A DNA stretch of 35,845 nt from Tubiluchus corallicola. Its lineage: Eukaryota > Animalia > Priapulida. The notes below the pieces were generated by a model. It had not been told where the DNA came from. It saw only the letters and a program-made list of their open reading frames with translations, and made no database searches. The first letter of the stretch is position 1; each line of letters starts with the position of its first letter. This document shows, in pieces, positions 33,300 to 35,845 of this stretch. The stretch is from positions 1-35,845 of the forward strand of contig JAQGDQ010001533.1 of NCBI GenBank assembly GCA_030141605.1, read 5' to 3'. The translations under genes were made by a program, and so were the position numbers.

Positions 33300-34381
33300 T
33301 TACTGGTTTTGTCTCTTGAATCCAGCAATTCGTTTAAGAGGCATATTCGCACGGCACTGATGAGGTGCTTACGATTTGGCACGTACTTACGGGTATCGCC
33401 AACCAGAGGTGGGGGAAGGGGTATCGGTGCAATAAATAACCTTCTGCTTGCAGGAGAAGGATCGGGCGTGTCAGTGAGATTTTTTACTTTACATACATCT
33501 CTGCTGTCTCTGGAGCATGTTCCTGTTTTTATTACTTTTCCTGGTTTAGTACAAACTATTATTACTCAGAATTTCAAGACTGAAATGTTACTTTAATCTT
33601 TTTAAAAATAAGCTACCACCTAGGAATATTTGTGTCAGTCGATGCCAATATATACTGTACACTGTAAATCATCACACTGTACTGACAGCACAATAGTAAA
33701 TGTGAATTTGTGAACTCATTTGTCGTTTTATTATGGGCTAAGTTACTTGAGACCTGAGCATTCTTGATTATCAATCAGGCCACCAGATGGCTGTACGTCC
33801 TCGAAACACTTCGAAATCTGCCATAACGGAAACGATTCTTAATGCTTCTATTGTGTCAATTGCTTCAGTTTTGTAGGGATCATTTAATCTTCTATGTAGG
33901 ATTGAATTTCATTAAAATTTGACTGATATAACTACAGTTTCGTTTGTATAAAAATGAAAACTATGATTTTGTCAATTGACACGTGCCGGTCTTTCTAGGT
34001 TGTAAACTCTTCCGGTCCTTGTGGTGCTAGTAATGTCAACAGGAGTTAAGATGTAAGAAACATTTACGAACTGTTTGCTTAGTTGACTTGTGAAATTTGT
34101 TATTGTAGGGATGCACTCTAGTATCAACCAGCTGCCAAAAGTGTGAGGCTGTTGTTAAAAAAGATACTTCTGTCGAAATCCTCGTGTGATAAATAAATGC
34201 GTTTTTTCATACGATTTGGATAAGCTGCTTTTTTTTCATTTCCGTGCAAATAGTAAATTTCTTTGGTCAGTTCAAAACTCAGCAAATGTCCAACAAGATT
34301 ATCCGGCCATCAGCGTCAGGGAACTGTTTCACAATAAAGCATGCAGAAAACGAAGAAATATAAGTTATTCGTGTATTTTAG

Positions 34382-34526
34382 ATGTCCACTCGGTGTCCGG
34401 TTCCGTTGCCAGCTTGCAGTGGTCACCCGACGGTTGTGCACTGGCCATGTCATGGCAAAATGGCGGCCTGTCTTTGTGGACCGTCTTTGGTTCTTTGCTT
34501 TTTTGCACACTAGGCGGTGACTATCA
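34382..34526 (+). CDS. RIC1: RIC1 exon, 145 nt
   Basis: ttttag|...CA|gtgagt. [37 protein letters not shown] resembles [37 protein letters not shown]. Confidence 0.93.
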
Positions 34527-34588
34527 GTGAGTATGATGTAGTTTTCTTAATTTTCTGCTAACCTGTATGGTTTAAGTAAAAACCTTCA

Positions 34589-35058
<470 letters not shown>

Positions 35059-35400
35059 TTAAGACGGCCCTGTATTTGTTCTCAAAGTAGCTGTGCCCAT
35101 GCTTTAAGACAGCCCTGTATTTGTTCTCAAAGTAACTGTGCCCATGCTTTAAGACGGCCCTGTATTTGTTCTCAAAGTAACTGTGCCCATGCTTTAAGAC
35201 AGCCCTGTATTTGTTCTCAGAGTAACTGTGCTCATGCTTTAAGATGGCTTTGTTCTCAGAGTAACTGTGCCCATGCTTTAAGATGGCTTTGTTCTCAGAG
35301 TAACTGTGCCCATGTCTTGAGACGGCCCGGTGTTTGTTTTGAAAGTACTTATGCCAATGATTTAAGACGGTCCTGTATTTGTTTTCAAAATAACTATAAA
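35059..35400. repeat. 45-bp minisatellite (about 8 copies, some 39 bp)
   Basis: Unit TTAAGACGGCCCTGTATTTGTTCTCAAAGTAACTGTGCCCATGCT. Confidence 0.9.
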
Positions 35401-35484
35401 CATAGCCTGATACCTTGATCAAATGCTTAAGAATGACATAACTTTACAAAACATACATCTAAGCAAAACCACACGAAAACCTAC

Positions 35485-35533
35485 CATTGATTTAATGTGC
35501 AACGGGTCTTTTGACGGCGAAACTGTTGACAGC
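35485..35533 (-). CDS. RIC1: RIC1 exon, 49 nt, inverted relative to the upstream exons
   Basis: Minus strand tttttttctag|G CTG TCA ACA GTT TCG CCG TCA AAA GAC CCG TTG CAC ATT AAA TCA ATG|gtaggt. Completes the CA+G Gln codon. LSTVSPSKDPLHIKSM resembles YRSDGTKKDPLKINSM. Confidence 0.85.
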
Positions 35534-35658
35534 CTAGAAAAAAACACGTCACTTATGTTTACAATATTATTGCAACATAAAAACACAAGAACACATTCCA
35601 CACTATACCAAAAATGAGAACTTATCAGTTTAAACAGGTTGGAGAAGCATGCTCTTGC

Positions 35659-35712
35659 AGCCTGTGACATCATCATCATAATAGCAGTAATAATAATAAT
35701 ACTAATAATAAT

Positions 35713-35803
<91 letters not shown>

Positions 35804-35808
35804 CCACG

Positions 35809-35845
<37 letters not shown>
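35659..35845. repeat. Right arm of the inverted repeat, (CAT)n(AAT)n(AAC)n, running off the window
   Basis: AGCCTGTGACATCATCATCATAATAGCAGTAATAATAATAATACTAATAATAATAAC is the exact reverse complement of about 35002-35058. Confidence 0.95.

Noticed and set aside
33350-33400. Hammerhead ribozyme (CTGATGAG with GTGC/GCAC stem)
   Set aside because: The required GAAA after stem II is absent (GTAC), and no stems I and III were found.

Overview
AT-rich, repeat-dense animal (probably invertebrate bilaterian) genomic DNA, not prokaryotic. (1) Two + strand exons of an acid-sphingomyelinase-like (SMPDL3-type) metallophosphoesterase lie at 395-559 and 4297-4373. (2) A cluster of intronless class A GPCR genes follows: three intact copies on the minus strand (15170-16129, 18747-19649, 22043-22963) and an inverted pair of near-identical defective copies (9247-10046 +, 5'-truncated; 10798-11703 -, one internal TAG). 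(3) Five phase-compatible + strand exons of RIC1 run from 24719 to 34526. The next RIC1 exon (35485-35533) lies on the opposite strand, inside a 600-bp spacer between inverted (GTT)n/(AAC)n arms. The rest is MITEs (Kolobok-, hAT-, piggyBac-like), L2 and RTE fragments, a truncated 5S copy, and many mini- and microsatellites. Two recurring patterns stand out: fold-back inverted duplications with breakpoints in tandem repeats (three cases), and tandem arrays built from functional boundaries (a splice donor, a start codon, a stop codon, a MITE terminus). The fold-backs could be assembly or amplification artefacts, which cannot be excluded from this window alone. All homologies are recognised by eye and from memory, not from database searches.
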